DNA of 64,000 bases from Candidatus Lloydbacteria bacterium (lineage in GTDB: Bacteria; Patescibacteriota; Minisyncoccia; Phycocordibacterales; 21-14-all-47-15), in NCBI GenBank assembly GCA_016214545.1, contig JACROH010000001.1:116239-180238 (forward strand), given 5' to 3'. A model generated the notes under the pieces. It ran no database searches, was not told where the DNA came from, and was given only the letters and a program-made list of their open reading frames with translations. The translations under genes and the position numbers were made by a program. Below are positions 37,895 through 46,177 of this stretch, one piece after another. Position 1 is the stretch's first letter, and each line of letters begins with the position of its first letter.

Positions 37895-39691
37895 ATGCAA
37901 AATACGATACGCAATTTTACGATTATCGCGCATATTGACCATGGTAAATCGACGCTTGCCGACCGCATGCTTGAGGTGACGAAAACCATCGAAAAGCGGA
38001 AAATGAAAGCGCAGGTGCTCGACAGCATGGAATTGGAGCGTGAGCGGGGAATTACCATCAAGATGCAGCCGGTGCGGATGTCTTTTGTGCACGACGGAAT
38101 TCCATATACATTGAACCTCATCGACACTCCCGGGCATATTGATTTTTCATATGAAGTCTCTCGCGCGCTGAAAGCGGTGGAGGGGGCGCTTCTTTTGGTT
38201 GATGCAACGCAGGGTATTCAGGCGCAGACTATCACAGTGCTTGAAATGGCGCGCGCCGCGGGGCTTGCCATTATTCCGGCGGTTACCAAAATTGACATGC
38301 CGAACGCACGCATTGAAGAAGTGAAACAAAATGTCGCGATGCTTCTCGACATAGAACCGGAAACGATTCTTGAAGTGTCGGGGAAAACGGGGCAAGGAGT
38401 AACGGAACTTTTGTCGGAAGTGATTGTGCGTGTGCCTCCGCCGAAATCGGCTTTTTCGGAACCTTCATTCCGCGGGGGCGGGCGTGCGCTCATTTTTGAT
38501 TTTGAATACTCGACGCACCGCGGGGTAATTTTGTATGTCCGCGTGACCGATGGGCAATTCAAAAAAGGCGATTCGCTTATGTTTATTGCCGCAAAAAAAT
38601 CATTTCAAGCGATAGAGGTTGGCGTGTTTATTCCGGAAAAAGAACCGGAAGATGTGCTGTCGTCGGGGAATATCGGCTATATTGTCACGGGGATTAAGCA
38701 GCCAAACATTGCATCGGTGGGGGATACGGTTACGTCTGCGCGGAATCCGCTTCCGCCGATTGCGGGCTATGCACTGCCATCGCCGGTTGTGTGGGCCTCG
38801 GTATATCCGGAAAGCCAGGATGATTTTACTTCATTGAAGGGCGCGCTTGAGCGGCTAAAACTCTCCGATTCGTCGCTTTCGTTTGAAGAAGAGTCGTCGG
38901 GGACGCTCGGGCGCGGCTTTCGATTGGGGCTTCTCGGAATGCTCCATTTGGAAATCATCACCGAACGTCTGCGCCGGGAATTTCAATTGGAGCTTGTGGT
39001 AACCTCGCCCACCATTACCTATAAAATAATTTTTGGGAAGGGGAAAGAGACCATGGTGTATTCGCCCTCGCTTTTTCCGGACCATGGGGCATACGAAGAA
39101 GCGTTTGAGCCGTGGGTGCGAGCGCGCATCATTACGCCGTCTGAATATGTGAGTGCGATGATGCCGATACTGCACGACCACGAAGCGACGCTTGAAACCT
39201 CGGAAAGCTTCTTAGGAGAACGAGTTTCTTTTGAAATCAAGATGCCGCTTCGGGAGCTTATGCGTAATTTTTTTGACGAGCTCAAGAGCGTCTCTTCCGG
39301 ATTCGCATCGCTTTCGTATGTCATTGAAGAATTTCGAAAGGCGGACGTGGCGCGGCTTGATGTCTTAGTGGCTGATGAGGTCGTCCCCGCTTTTTCTCAG
39401 GTAGTGTCTCATCGGCGGGCGGAAGAAGAAGCGAGGAAAAGCGTTGAAAAACTGCGCGCCATTCTTCCGCGGCAGCTTTTCGTGGTAAAAATCCAGGCAA
39501 AGGCGCTGGGCAGGATTATCGCTTCAGAAACGCTCTCGGCAATGCGGAAAGACGTTACCGGGTATCTCTACGGAGGCGATATTACGCGCAAAATGAAACT
39601 GCTCGAGAAACAAAAACGGGGAAAGAAAAAAATGAAATCGCGCGGACTTAAAAAAAGAGCGGCACGTACAACAAAACCATTCCGAGAATGA
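37895..39691 (+). CDS. lepA: elongation factor 4 (aberrant C-terminal tail)
   Basis: IRNFTIIAHIDHGKSTLADR, ERERGITIK, DTPGH, GLLGMLHLE, YGGDITRKMKLLEKQK.GKKKMK. Confidence 0.96.
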   Translation: MQNTIRNFTIIAHIDHGKSTLADRMLEVTKTIEKRKMKAQVLDSMELERERGITIKMQPVRMSFVHDGIPYTLNLIDTPGHIDFSYEVSRALKAVEGALLLVDATQGIQAQTITVLEMARAAGLAIIPAVTKIDMPNARIEEVKQNVAMLLDIEPETILEVSGKTGQGVTELLSEVIVRVPPPKSAFSEPSFRGGGRALIFDFEYSTHRGVILYVRVTDGQFKKGDSLMFIAAKKSFQAIEVGVFIPEKEPEDVLSSGNIGYIVTGIKQPNIASVGDTVTSARNPLPPIAGYALPSPVVWASVYPESQDDFTSLKGALERLKLSDSSLSFEEESSGTLGRGFRLGLLGMLHLEIITERLRREFQLELVVTSPTITYKIIFGKGKETMVYSPSLFPDHGAYEEAFEPWVRARIITPSEYVSAMMPILHDHEATLETSESFLGERVSFEIKMPLRELMRNFFDELKSVSSGFASLSYVIEEFRKADVARLDVLVADEVVPAFSQVVSHRRAEEEARKSVEKLRAILPRQLFVVKIQAKALGRIIASETLSAMRKDVTGYLYGGDITRKMKLLEKQKRGKKKMKSRGLKKRAARTTKPFRE

Positions 39692-39752
39692 CGATAATAC
39701 CGATAATAGCCCAGATGCCGTGCGCTATTTTTTTGTATTTTTTATTAAACAT
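39648..39752 (-). CDS. 34-aa single-pass membrane microprotein
   Basis: Manual translation MFNKKYKKIAHGIWAIIGIIVILGMVLLYVPLFF*; basic N-terminus plus a TM helix. Confidence 0.6.
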   Translation of the reverse strand: MFNKKYKKIAHGIWAIIGIIVILGMVLLYVPLFF

Positions 39753-39834
39753 GGCCGGTGTCTGATTCTTTTTGAGCTCGATTATTCTGTGTGCTATACT
39801 ATAGCACATTATCACGGTTACGCGCTATTTTACC

Positions 39835-40212
39835 ATGTCAATAAACGATTTTCGAAAAAAAAGACAATTAAAACGCATTCTGTATTCAACGGGGGCCCTC
39901 GTGGTTCTTGGTGTTATAGTCTTTTTCCTTGGTCATGCGACGTGGGATGTGTATCAAAAAGCGAAGCTTACGGATGAGCGGCGGCAAGAAGCATTAAATG
40001 AGCTCACGCGCCTAAAGAAACAAGAAGCAACCCTTAAAGAGCAATTACAGCGTTTGCAAACGGACCGCGGCATCGAAGAAGAGGTGCGCACAAAATTCAA
40101 TGTTGCAAAAGAAGGGGAGAAGGTCATCACGATTACTTCGCCGCAAAACGGGGAAGAAAGCGGTACCTCGCAGGCAGCCCCTTGGTGGAAGCGAATTTTT
40201 GGTATTCAGTAA
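39835..40212 (+). CDS. septum formation initiator (FtsB/DivIC family)
   Basis: TM helix, coiled coil, IEEEVRTKFNVAKEGEKVI. Confidence 0.8.
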   Translation: MSINDFRKKRQLKRILYSTGALVVLGVIVFFLGHATWDVYQKAKLTDERRQEALNELTRLKKQEATLKEQLQRLQTDRGIEEEVRTKFNVAKEGEKVITITSPQNGEESGTSQAAPWWKRIFGIQ

Positions 40213-40218
40213 TTTTTT

Positions 40219-40289
40219 GCGGGTATAGTTTAGTGGCAGAATGGTTGCTTCCCAAGCAACAGATCGGAGTTCGATTCTCCGTACCCGCA
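40219..40289 (+). tRNA. tRNA-Gly(CCC)
   Basis: GCGGGTA acceptor; GTTGC-TTCCCAA-GCAAC anticodon arm; GGAGTTCGATTCTCC T arm. Confidence 0.95.
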
Positions 40290-40468
40290 TCATGAGCCCT
40301 GCGAATGAGGTGGGTACAGCAAGCCAACTGCTTGGCTTGCGTGGAGAATCGAAAAGCGGAGCCATATTGCCAACAAGCAATGGCGAGCTGGGGTCGAGAG
40401 TACTTAGCAGATTTTGAGCGTAGCGAAGAAATCGCTTAGTAACTCGTGACCGATTCTCCGTACCCACA
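40290..40468 (+). repeat. tRNA-3'-associated structured element (copy 1)
   Basis: Ends in a 17/18 copy of the tRNA-Gly 3' end (40451-40468) and contains a split inverted copy (40310-40353); core motifs shared with 55741-55940. Confidence 0.75.
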
Positions 40469-40601
40469 TAAAAATAATAAAGAGTCAGGCGCGAAGAGGG
40501 AGCCGTTTATTGACATTTTAGTATCTTTACGTATAATATTTTTTAGGCTAGTTTAAAGTTTTTTATCTTTGTCATAAAATAAATAACTGAAAGGGAAAAT
40601 T

Positions 40602-40880
40602 ATGCCCACTCCTGTTTGGAAAGAGGGGTACGTTCCGCTTGAGAAAGGGGAATTGGTAGTCTTGATATGGCGGTGGGGACAGCCAAACAAAACGGAAGTT
40701 GACGCGGTCAGTGTATCCTCGGATGAGCTGCTCCATCATCCGTGCGGAGGGCGTCTCATCGTAAAGCCGGTGGAGAAAAATAAAGAACTCTCTTGTCAAA
40801 AATGTGGTTTTTGGACGGTCTTTCCGGAAGAAATAAAAACTCTGGGAGAACTCAAGAGTTTCCTTGCAAAAGAATCTTGA
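40602..40880 (+). CDS. hypothetical Zn-ribbon-like protein
   Basis: HHPCGG...CQKCG; TTGACA-16-TATAAT promoter and AAAGGG SD. Confidence 0.6.
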   Translation: MPTPVWKEGYVPLEKGELVVLIWRWGQPNKTEVDAVSVSSDELLHHPCGGRLIVKPVEKNKELSCQKCGFWTVFPEEIKTLGELKSFLAKES

Positions 40881-40923
40881 TTGCATAAAGTGTTTTTCCA
40901 AACGGTATTGAAAGGAGCGTACA

Positions 40924-41532
40924 ATGGAAGAAAGACAGAAAAAGATTATTTTTTTGAAAGGTAAAAAAGTTAATCTCCGTCCGTTGCGTAAAGCAACCGA
41001 CTTTGAATCGTGTCTTCGTTGGATTAACGATTGCGAAGTGAATCAGTATCTTGCTACCTATCTTCCAATGTCAGAACAAAAAGAGGAAGAATGGTTCGAT
41101 AAAACCTCAAAAAGCAGTGACAATATCGTTTTTGCGATTGAGGTTTCGGATGTCCTGAATGGCGGCATGCCTATCGGACTCATCGGGCTTCACAACATTA
41201 ATTGGAAAGACCGCACGGCTGTAACCGGAGCGGTAATCGGAGAAAAAGAATATTGGAATCAGGGTTATGGCACTGATGCCAAAATGTTGATCCTCGAGTA
41301 TGCCTTTAATACGCTCAATCTTCACAAGATTTGTTCCTCGGTAGTGGAGTTTAATAAGCGAAGTTTGCAGTACAATCTGCACTGTGGTTACAAACTTGAG
41401 GGAACAGAGCGCAAGCAGGTCTTCAAAAGAGGCAGATATTGGGATAAGTATATTTTGGGAGTGTTCAAAAACGATTGGCTACCGGTTTGGAGGACGTACC
41501 AAAAAACCGGAAAAGTAAAAGAAAAAATATAA
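40924..41532 (+). CDS. GNAT N-acetyltransferase (RimJ/RimL-like)
   Basis: LKGKKVNLRPL, IGEKEYWNQGYGT.A, YAFNTLNLHKI, N.RS....CGYK.EG. Confidence 0.9.
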   Translation: MEERQKKIIFLKGKKVNLRPLRKATDFESCLRWINDCEVNQYLATYLPMSEQKEEEWFDKTSKSSDNIVFAIEVSDVLNGGMPIGLIGLHNINWKDRTAVTGAVIGEKEYWNQGYGTDAKMLILEYAFNTLNLHKICSSVVEFNKRSLQYNLHCGYKLEGTERKQVFKRGRYWDKYILGVFKNDWLPVWRTYQKTGKVKEKI

Positions 41533-41534
41533 TC

Positions 41535-41653
41535 TTTTCAAAAAAGCCGCTACAATGTAGCGGCTTTTGTTTTTTTCTGGATTCATGCTATCGTACGGGA
41601 AGTTAAAAAAGAACATTGAAAAATCAAAGGAAAGGAGAAGGAAGATGAATATT
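41535..41653 (+). repeat. 119-bp terminator-promoter-RBS-start module, copy 1
   Basis: Identical to 42566-42684; contains the AAAAGCCGCTAC-AAT-GTAGCGGCTTTT hairpin, TGCTATCGT, AAAGGAGAAGGAAG-ATGAATATT. Confidence 0.95.
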
Positions 41654-42502
41654 TTAGACTTAGATTGTCTGAAACGTTTACAGAATTGGGTAGCTGACAA
41701 CGAGCGCCGTATGCGCGGAGCGGGTCCTCGTTGGGAAATGTATAAAAGATTAGCTCGCGACCTGGTGGATAAAGGAGATTGGTTTTGGATTCCGCTTGAT
41801 AGCGGGACACAAATACCGCTTATTGATGCACTGCTCTACCTAGCAGAGATTTCTGACCGAAAATCGATTCCAAGATTAAAGAAACTTGTCAAAAGATATA
41901 CCGCCCCATCTCCAAACTCAAAAAACGAGGACGAGTGGCGAGCATGCCGAGGAGGTGGCTTTGTGAAGGCGCTCTATGGGCCAGCCGATGAGATACCCAA
42001 GGAGGTTCAAAGGCGGGCAATTGAATCGCTTCTCAGGTTACTTTCTCTCCCGGAAGCAAAGAAATATACAGAAGAGCTGTTTGACGAAATTGATATAGAA
42101 AGCTTAGACTGGAGAACCATAAAGACGCTAACGGGTTTCATCGAAAAAAATAAAATGGCGGAATTTTCCTCGAGGGTATTAAAATTAGGCAAAACCATGA
42201 AATTTATTTTTGATGGATGTTCCAAGTCGTTTAATAGTTTATATGGGTATGAAGAGTTAGTTTTTTGTGCCTTTAATATCTCGGAAGAGAACGCAGAAAA
42301 AAAAGAAGCGTGGTGGATTCTAATTGAAGAATATAATCATCCCGACGGTTATGATAAATACAAAAGATCACATGACAGGATCGATCTTATTTTGTGTGAA
42401 ATCGTGGACCGTGAACGCCGAGAAGGACAATCGAGAACAGAGCCTCTCCTTGATCAAAGACGTCTTGCGAAAGACATGCCTTATTACAGAAAACATTACT
42501 GA
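41645..42502 (+). CDS. hypothetical helical protein (cassette ORF)
   Basis: Likely start is the ATG at 41645 after a strong SD; the longer called N-terminus is the shared repeat. Confidence 0.65.
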   Translation: MNILDLDCLKRLQNWVADNERRMRGAGPRWEMYKRLARDLVDKGDWFWIPLDSGTQIPLIDALLYLAEISDRKSIPRLKKLVKRYTAPSPNSKNEDEWRACRGGGFVKALYGPADEIPKEVQRRAIESLLRLLSLPEAKKYTEELFDEIDIESLDWRTIKTLTGFIEKNKMAEFSSRVLKLGKTMKFIFDGCSKSFNSLYGYEELVFCAFNISEENAEKKEAWWILIEEYNHPDGYDKYKRSHDRIDLILCEIVDRERREGQSRTEPLLDQRRLAKDMPYYRKHY

Positions 42503-42565
42503 ATAAACTTCAAAAAACAGGAAAGGTGCCTGAAAAAAGATCCGTAATAAAGAAAGTTTTTTAAA

Positions 42566-42684
42566 TTTTCAAAAAAGCCGCTACAATGTAGCGGCTTTTG
42601 TTTTTTTCTGGATTCATGCTATCGTACGGGAAGTTAAAAAAGAACATTGAAAAATCAAAGGAAAGGAGAAGGAAGATGAATATT
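42566..42684 (+). repeat. 119-bp terminator-promoter-RBS-start module, copy 2
   Basis: Identical to 41535-41653 (offset 1031). Confidence 0.95.
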
Positions 42685-42942
42685 ATTGGCGGATTTTTGT
42701 GTTCAGTTGGTCTGCATAAATTTGAAAAGGAACCGTCCCTGAAGGAGCCGATTAAAATGACGGGTGTGCACTTTGCCTTTTGGAGTGAGGCTGTTCAAAA
42801 AGGCGTCAAGAAGTGCTTAAGGGATGGTTGCGAAGCCACCAAGAAGGTATGGAGGCTAGGAATATATGGCCCCGGTGGCATGGCGAGTGAATGGGAGACA
42901 CTTGATGAAAAGAAAGAGAGGAAGAAAGATGAGTCCTATTGA
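42676..42942 (+). CDS. hypothetical protein (C..GLHK..CLRDGC, possible Zn binder)
   Basis: ATG 42676 lies within the repeat module. Confidence 0.6.
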   Translation: MNIIGGFLCSVGLHKFEKEPSLKEPIKMTGVHFAFWSEAVQKGVKKCLRDGCEATKKVWRLGIYGPGGMASEWETLDEKKERKKDESY

Positions 42943-43189
42943 AAAAGGACCTACAGTAGTTACCATGCAATTTGATTGGGCGAATCACAGACACATTTTA
43001 GAAATGACCACATGCCGTGGGTCTGATCATTATTCTGGCGATAGAGAAGGGGAGGTGTGCTCGCTATGCCAGGAAGCCGCGAATCAGTCAGGAATTCCCC
43101 ACAAGGAACATTTCAAACATCCCCGTGACTGCAAATGTTTCCAGTGTGTGTTTTGTAAATGTTCAAAAGTCAACGAGCGCGATAAATAA
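42929..43189 (+). CDS. small Cys/His-rich hypothetical protein
   Basis: CSLC..H..HP.DCKCFQCVFCKC; GAGAGGAAG SD before ATG 42929. Confidence 0.55.
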   Translation: MSPIEKGPTVVTMQFDWANHRHILEMTTCRGSDHYSGDREGEVCSLCQEAANQSGIPHKEHFKHPRDCKCFQCVFCKCSKVNERDK

Positions 43190-43205
43190 TCTGCAATCTG
43201 CCAAT

Positions 43206-43246
43206 TTTTCAAAAAAGCCGCTACATTGTAGCGGCTTTTGTTTTTT
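43206..43246 (+). terminator. partial third copy of the repeat module (terminator hairpin only)
   Basis: TTTTCAAAAAAGCCGCTAC-ATT-GTAGCGGCTTTTGTTTTTT. Confidence 0.85.
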
Positions 43247-43254
43247 ATTCTTCC

Positions 43255-43755
43255 TCACGTCATATTATTTTTTTGGTAACGAGTTTCTGTCGCCATGCCC
43301 GTAATTTTGTCAAATTGAATGTTGCTTATTCCCAACGTTTCGGTAACCAGGCGGCACCCATCGCACGCCCAATAGTGCCCGACGAGACAGAGTGTTGCTC
43401 CCGCAAGGGTTGCCCGCTCTTCCTTTGTAAATGCCTGAAGAACCTCATCTTTTGAGGGCCGAAGGTGACTCGCGAATACCGCCAATTCTTCCGGTTTTCG
43501 ATTTGGTCTGATGTTGAGACACGCCATTACCTCTGCGTGTAATGGCTGGCACAATTCATAATTGGTTCCGGTTTTGACGGTTATTCTCGGGCATACCGAT
43601 ACCGACTCGCCGTGAGAAAGCCCCAGAGGAGCGCATAGATTGCAGCCAGTGGAGAGTATCTCATTATTTTTGACAATAATGGCGCCCGTTTTTGTTTTTA
43701 AACAGGTGGAATGCTTGCTAAACCGACTTGCTATCTCAAAGAACCTTTTAGACAT
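43255..43755 (-). CDS. dCMP deaminase-family Zn-dependent deaminase
   Basis: STC....GAIIVK....TG.N, LHAE, ACDGC. Confidence 0.82.
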   Translation of the reverse strand: MSKRFFEIASRFSKHSTCLKTKTGAIIVKNNEILSTGCNLCAPLGLSHGESVSVCPRITVKTGTNYELCQPLHAEVMACLNIRPNRKPEELAVFASHLRPSKDEVLQAFTKEERATLAGATLCLVGHYWACDGCRLVTETLGISNIQFDKITGMATETRYQKNNMT

Positions 43756-43836
43756 AGTGCTTCCTCCAAAATAGAGATTTCTATTTTTATGCTATACTAT
43801 GTATATCATATTTAACAATTAATCATATTGCCTTAT

Positions 43837-44070
43837 ATGAAAAACGTATCAATTTACACGACGCCGACCTGCGGATATTGCCGAATGGCGAAAGATTTTT
43901 TTAAAGAGCATAATATTGCCTATATTGAATATGACGTCGCGGCCGATACGGAGAAACGCAAAGAAATGATAGACAAGAGCGGACAAATGGGGGTGCCGGT
44001 CATGTTTATCGGAAAGGACATGATCATCGGTTTCAATGAAGAAAAAATAAAATCGGCGTTGGGGATATAA
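43837..44070 (+). CDS. glutaredoxin (NrdH/YruB-like)
   Basis: YTTPTCGYC, KSGQMGVPV, IGFN. Confidence 0.9.
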   Translation: MKNVSIYTTPTCGYCRMAKDFFKEHNIAYIEYDVAADTEKRKEMIDKSGQMGVPVMFIGKDMIIGFNEEKIKSALGI

Positions 44071-44133
44071 TCAGTACAACAAAAAACTCGCCAAGAAATG
44101 GCGAGTTTTTTGTTTCATCATGCTTTATTGTTA

Positions 44134-44205
44134 TGCCCCCGGCAGGAATTGAACCTACATCTATCCCTTAGGACGGGACTGTTCTATCCGTTGAACTACA
44201 GGGGC
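44134..44205 (-). tRNA. tRNA-Arg(CCT)
   Basis: GCCCCTGTAGTTCAACGGATAGAAC..GTCCC-GTCCTAA-GGGAT..GTAGGTTCAATTCCTGC CGGGGGCA. Confidence 0.9.
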
Positions 44206-44274
44206 GCAAGGTATTATAACTCTAGCACTATAGCATATCCGCCTTGTTTTTTATAGATTTTTTAGTATTATTGG

Positions 44275-44541
44275 ATGATGGAACCGGATATACAAAAGCT
44301 GCTCAAAGAAAATCTGGCGTTGTCGGAGGAGAACAATAAGATACTAAAACGCCTACAGAGTAACATGCGATGGGGGAGATTTTTGCATGCCGTATATTGG
44401 GTTATTATTATCGGTTCGGCATTTGGCGCGTATTATTTTGCACAGCCGTATATCAATCAGCTTATGCAGATGTATGGGAAGCTGCAAAGTATCGGCGGTT
44501 CCGTTTCTCCGAATATATTGGACGCGCTCAAATCTTTTTAA
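44275..44541 (+). CDS. small conserved membrane protein
   Basis: LLKENLALSEENNKIL, TM helix, YYFAQPY. Confidence 0.65.
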   Translation: MMEPDIQKLLKENLALSEENNKILKRLQSNMRWGRFLHAVYWVIIIGSAFGAYYFAQPYINQLMQMYGKLQSIGGSVSPNILDALKSF

Positions 44542-44593
44542 GGTTTTTACCGGAGTAGCTGTTTTGGTTAGCGGTTCCATTCAAATATTTTTT

Positions 44594-44667
44594 GCCGAGG
44601 TAGCTCAGTTGGTTAGAGCATTTGCCTGAAGAGCAAAGGGTCGGCGGTTCGACTCCGCCCCTCGGCA
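44594..44667 (+). tRNA. tRNA-Phe(GAA)
   Basis: GCCGAGG acceptor; TTTGC-CTGAAGA-GCAAA; GGCGGTTCGACTCCGCC. Confidence 0.95.
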
Positions 44668-44841
44668 CCGAACGAAGTAAAACGAAGTGAGGAGACGAGG
44701 GGGCTTTGTGCTGCGCGTAGCGGACATTGACATCGTTAATATGATGTGCTAAATTAAAAACAGCTAAAAAGTTCTTTGTTGATTCTGCATCATCGGTGCC
44801 ATCATCGAAAAATCGAAAACCCACAACAAAAGGAGATCACA

Positions 44842-45480
44842 ATGTCTAAGGCCGTAGAAAGCGTTCGTCTAATTGCAGTGCAGTTCAGTTTTTCAAACCC
44901 CCGGGCAATTCCGTCAACGATAAGGAGGCTTAATGCCGAAACTGCGGCAGAAAGCGCGAGGAGACGGCTCAAAAATGAGCACGGCGACGGTTATGTTATT
45001 CTCAAACCGACGGAAAATTGCTCGCTCGCGAAGCTTCCTGGTGAACTCAGTACGGCCGGATATACATTGGTAGATGCATTTTACCAAGAACGCCTCAAAT
45101 CCGGGAGATTGTATCATATGGTGCGCTTTCTGTTTTCGCGTGAAAAGCCGGCGATATATGACTCGACAAACATGCAAAGGGCGCTGAATGAGATTGATTT
45201 CAAGGATATGTGCAACAGTGCTTTGTGGCGGGCGCAGGTATTTTCAAATCTTTTCTACGGACACGAAAAGATGCCTACCGGTGAGCGTGTTGTGAATATC
45301 GCTCTCGTGGCGCGGCAGCCGCTCTTTCGCCCTGATGGCACACCGGTAATGGTCTGGCAAAAGGGTGAGGATGGCGAAAGGATTGGAGATAGCCCGCGGC
45401 CATTAAGTGCAGAGTATTATCTCCGCATCAAAGAAGTTGTTGCCGATGTGGCGTTGACGGCCACGGAGAGTGCCGATTAA
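44842..45480 (+). CDS. hypothetical protein
   Basis: ATG 44842 with AAAAGGAG SD, a TTGACA-17-TAAATT promoter and a terminator at about 45498-45528. Confidence 0.65.
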   Translation: MSKAVESVRLIAVQFSFSNPRAIPSTIRRLNAETAAESARRRLKNEHGDGYVILKPTENCSLAKLPGELSTAGYTLVDAFYQERLKSGRLYHMVRFLFSREKPAIYDSTNMQRALNEIDFKDMCNSALWRAQVFSNLFYGHEKMPTGERVVNIALVARQPLFRPDGTPVMVWQKGEDGERIGDSPRPLSAEYYLRIKEVVADVALTATESAD

Positions 45481-45557
45481 ACAACAACCCAAAACGAAAG
45501 GCCCGAGACATAATCTCGGGCCTTTTTTATGCAGACTCGTTTTTGTTTATGGCGTCT

Positions 45558-46046
45558 TTAGAGTGATTTGACTCTGATTTTTGTCGTCTTTTCTTTATTT
45601 AATTTTGGAAGGCGAATGGTGAGGAGGCCGTGTTTTTCGAGCGCTTCGGAATTATCGACGTCGATTTCTTGCGGCAAAAGAACGGTGCGCGAGAAAGAGC
45701 CCCAATATAATTCTTTGTAAAAATAATTATCGTCTCTTGCGCTACGCGAACCATCGCGCCGGCCTTTGATGGTGACCATGTCGCGGTTGATGGATATGTT
45801 CAAATCTTCCGGTTTTACGCCGGCAACCATCGTTTGTATGATGATGTCTTCAGGGGTCTGGTATACATCGACGGTAAGCTGTCCCTCTCCGTTGTCTTCC
45901 TCAATCCAGCCGCCCGTGTCTTTTTCGCGATCCTTTTTTTCCACAGCTCCTCGTATGTGAAGCTCGCGTTCCTCGAGCTCGTTTTCTGTGCTTGGGTTGA
46001 GGCTGCCGGTGAGTTTTTCAAAAAATGACTTTTTATTTTCAAACAT
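45558..46046 (-). CDS. Hsp20/alpha-crystallin small heat-shock protein
   Basis: LTVDVYQT, AGVKPEDL.I, ELYWGSFSRTVLLP, GLLTIRLPK. Confidence 0.92.
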   Translation of the reverse strand: MFENKKSFFEKLTGSLNPSTENELEERELHIRGAVEKKDREKDTGGWIEEDNGEGQLTVDVYQTPEDIIIQTMVAGVKPEDLNISINRDMVTIKGRRDGSRSARDDNYFYKELYWGSFSRTVLLPQEIDVDNSEALEKHGLLTIRLPKLNKEKTTKIRVKSL

Positions 46047-46177
46047 AATTATTTTTAGTGAATAAGAAATAAAAAACAACGCCGTGCGGCCGTCCTTTTC
46101 TTATCCTAATATGCTCCTAGTATAACACGGCTGTTCTGATGTAAACAACCGAATCTGTGCATAAAAGCGGCGTATCT

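Noticed and set aside
38435-38485. Palindromic insertion in lepA (SAFSEPSFRGGG)
   Set aside because: The pairing is weak and this linker is naturally variable; not supportable without an alignment.
40045-40467. ORFs overlapping tRNA genes (also 55685-56041, 44528-44824, 51742-51963)
   Set aside because: They are incidental translations of tRNA or repeat sequence.
41567-42675. Shared 26-aa N-terminal peptide (MFFSGFMLSY...) in two ORFs
   Set aside because: An artefact of ORF extension through the non-coding repeat; the SD-led starts are 41645 and 42676.
41535-43246. CRISPR array or classical integron
   Set aside because: The repeats are 119 bp with ~1 kb gene-bearing spacers; no cas or intI gene and no attC core sites were seen.
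44134-44205. tRNA-Arg pseudogene because of G at position 32 and no encoded CCA
   Set aside because: All stems pair; none of the five tRNAs encodes a full CCA, so post-transcriptional addition is the simpler explanation.
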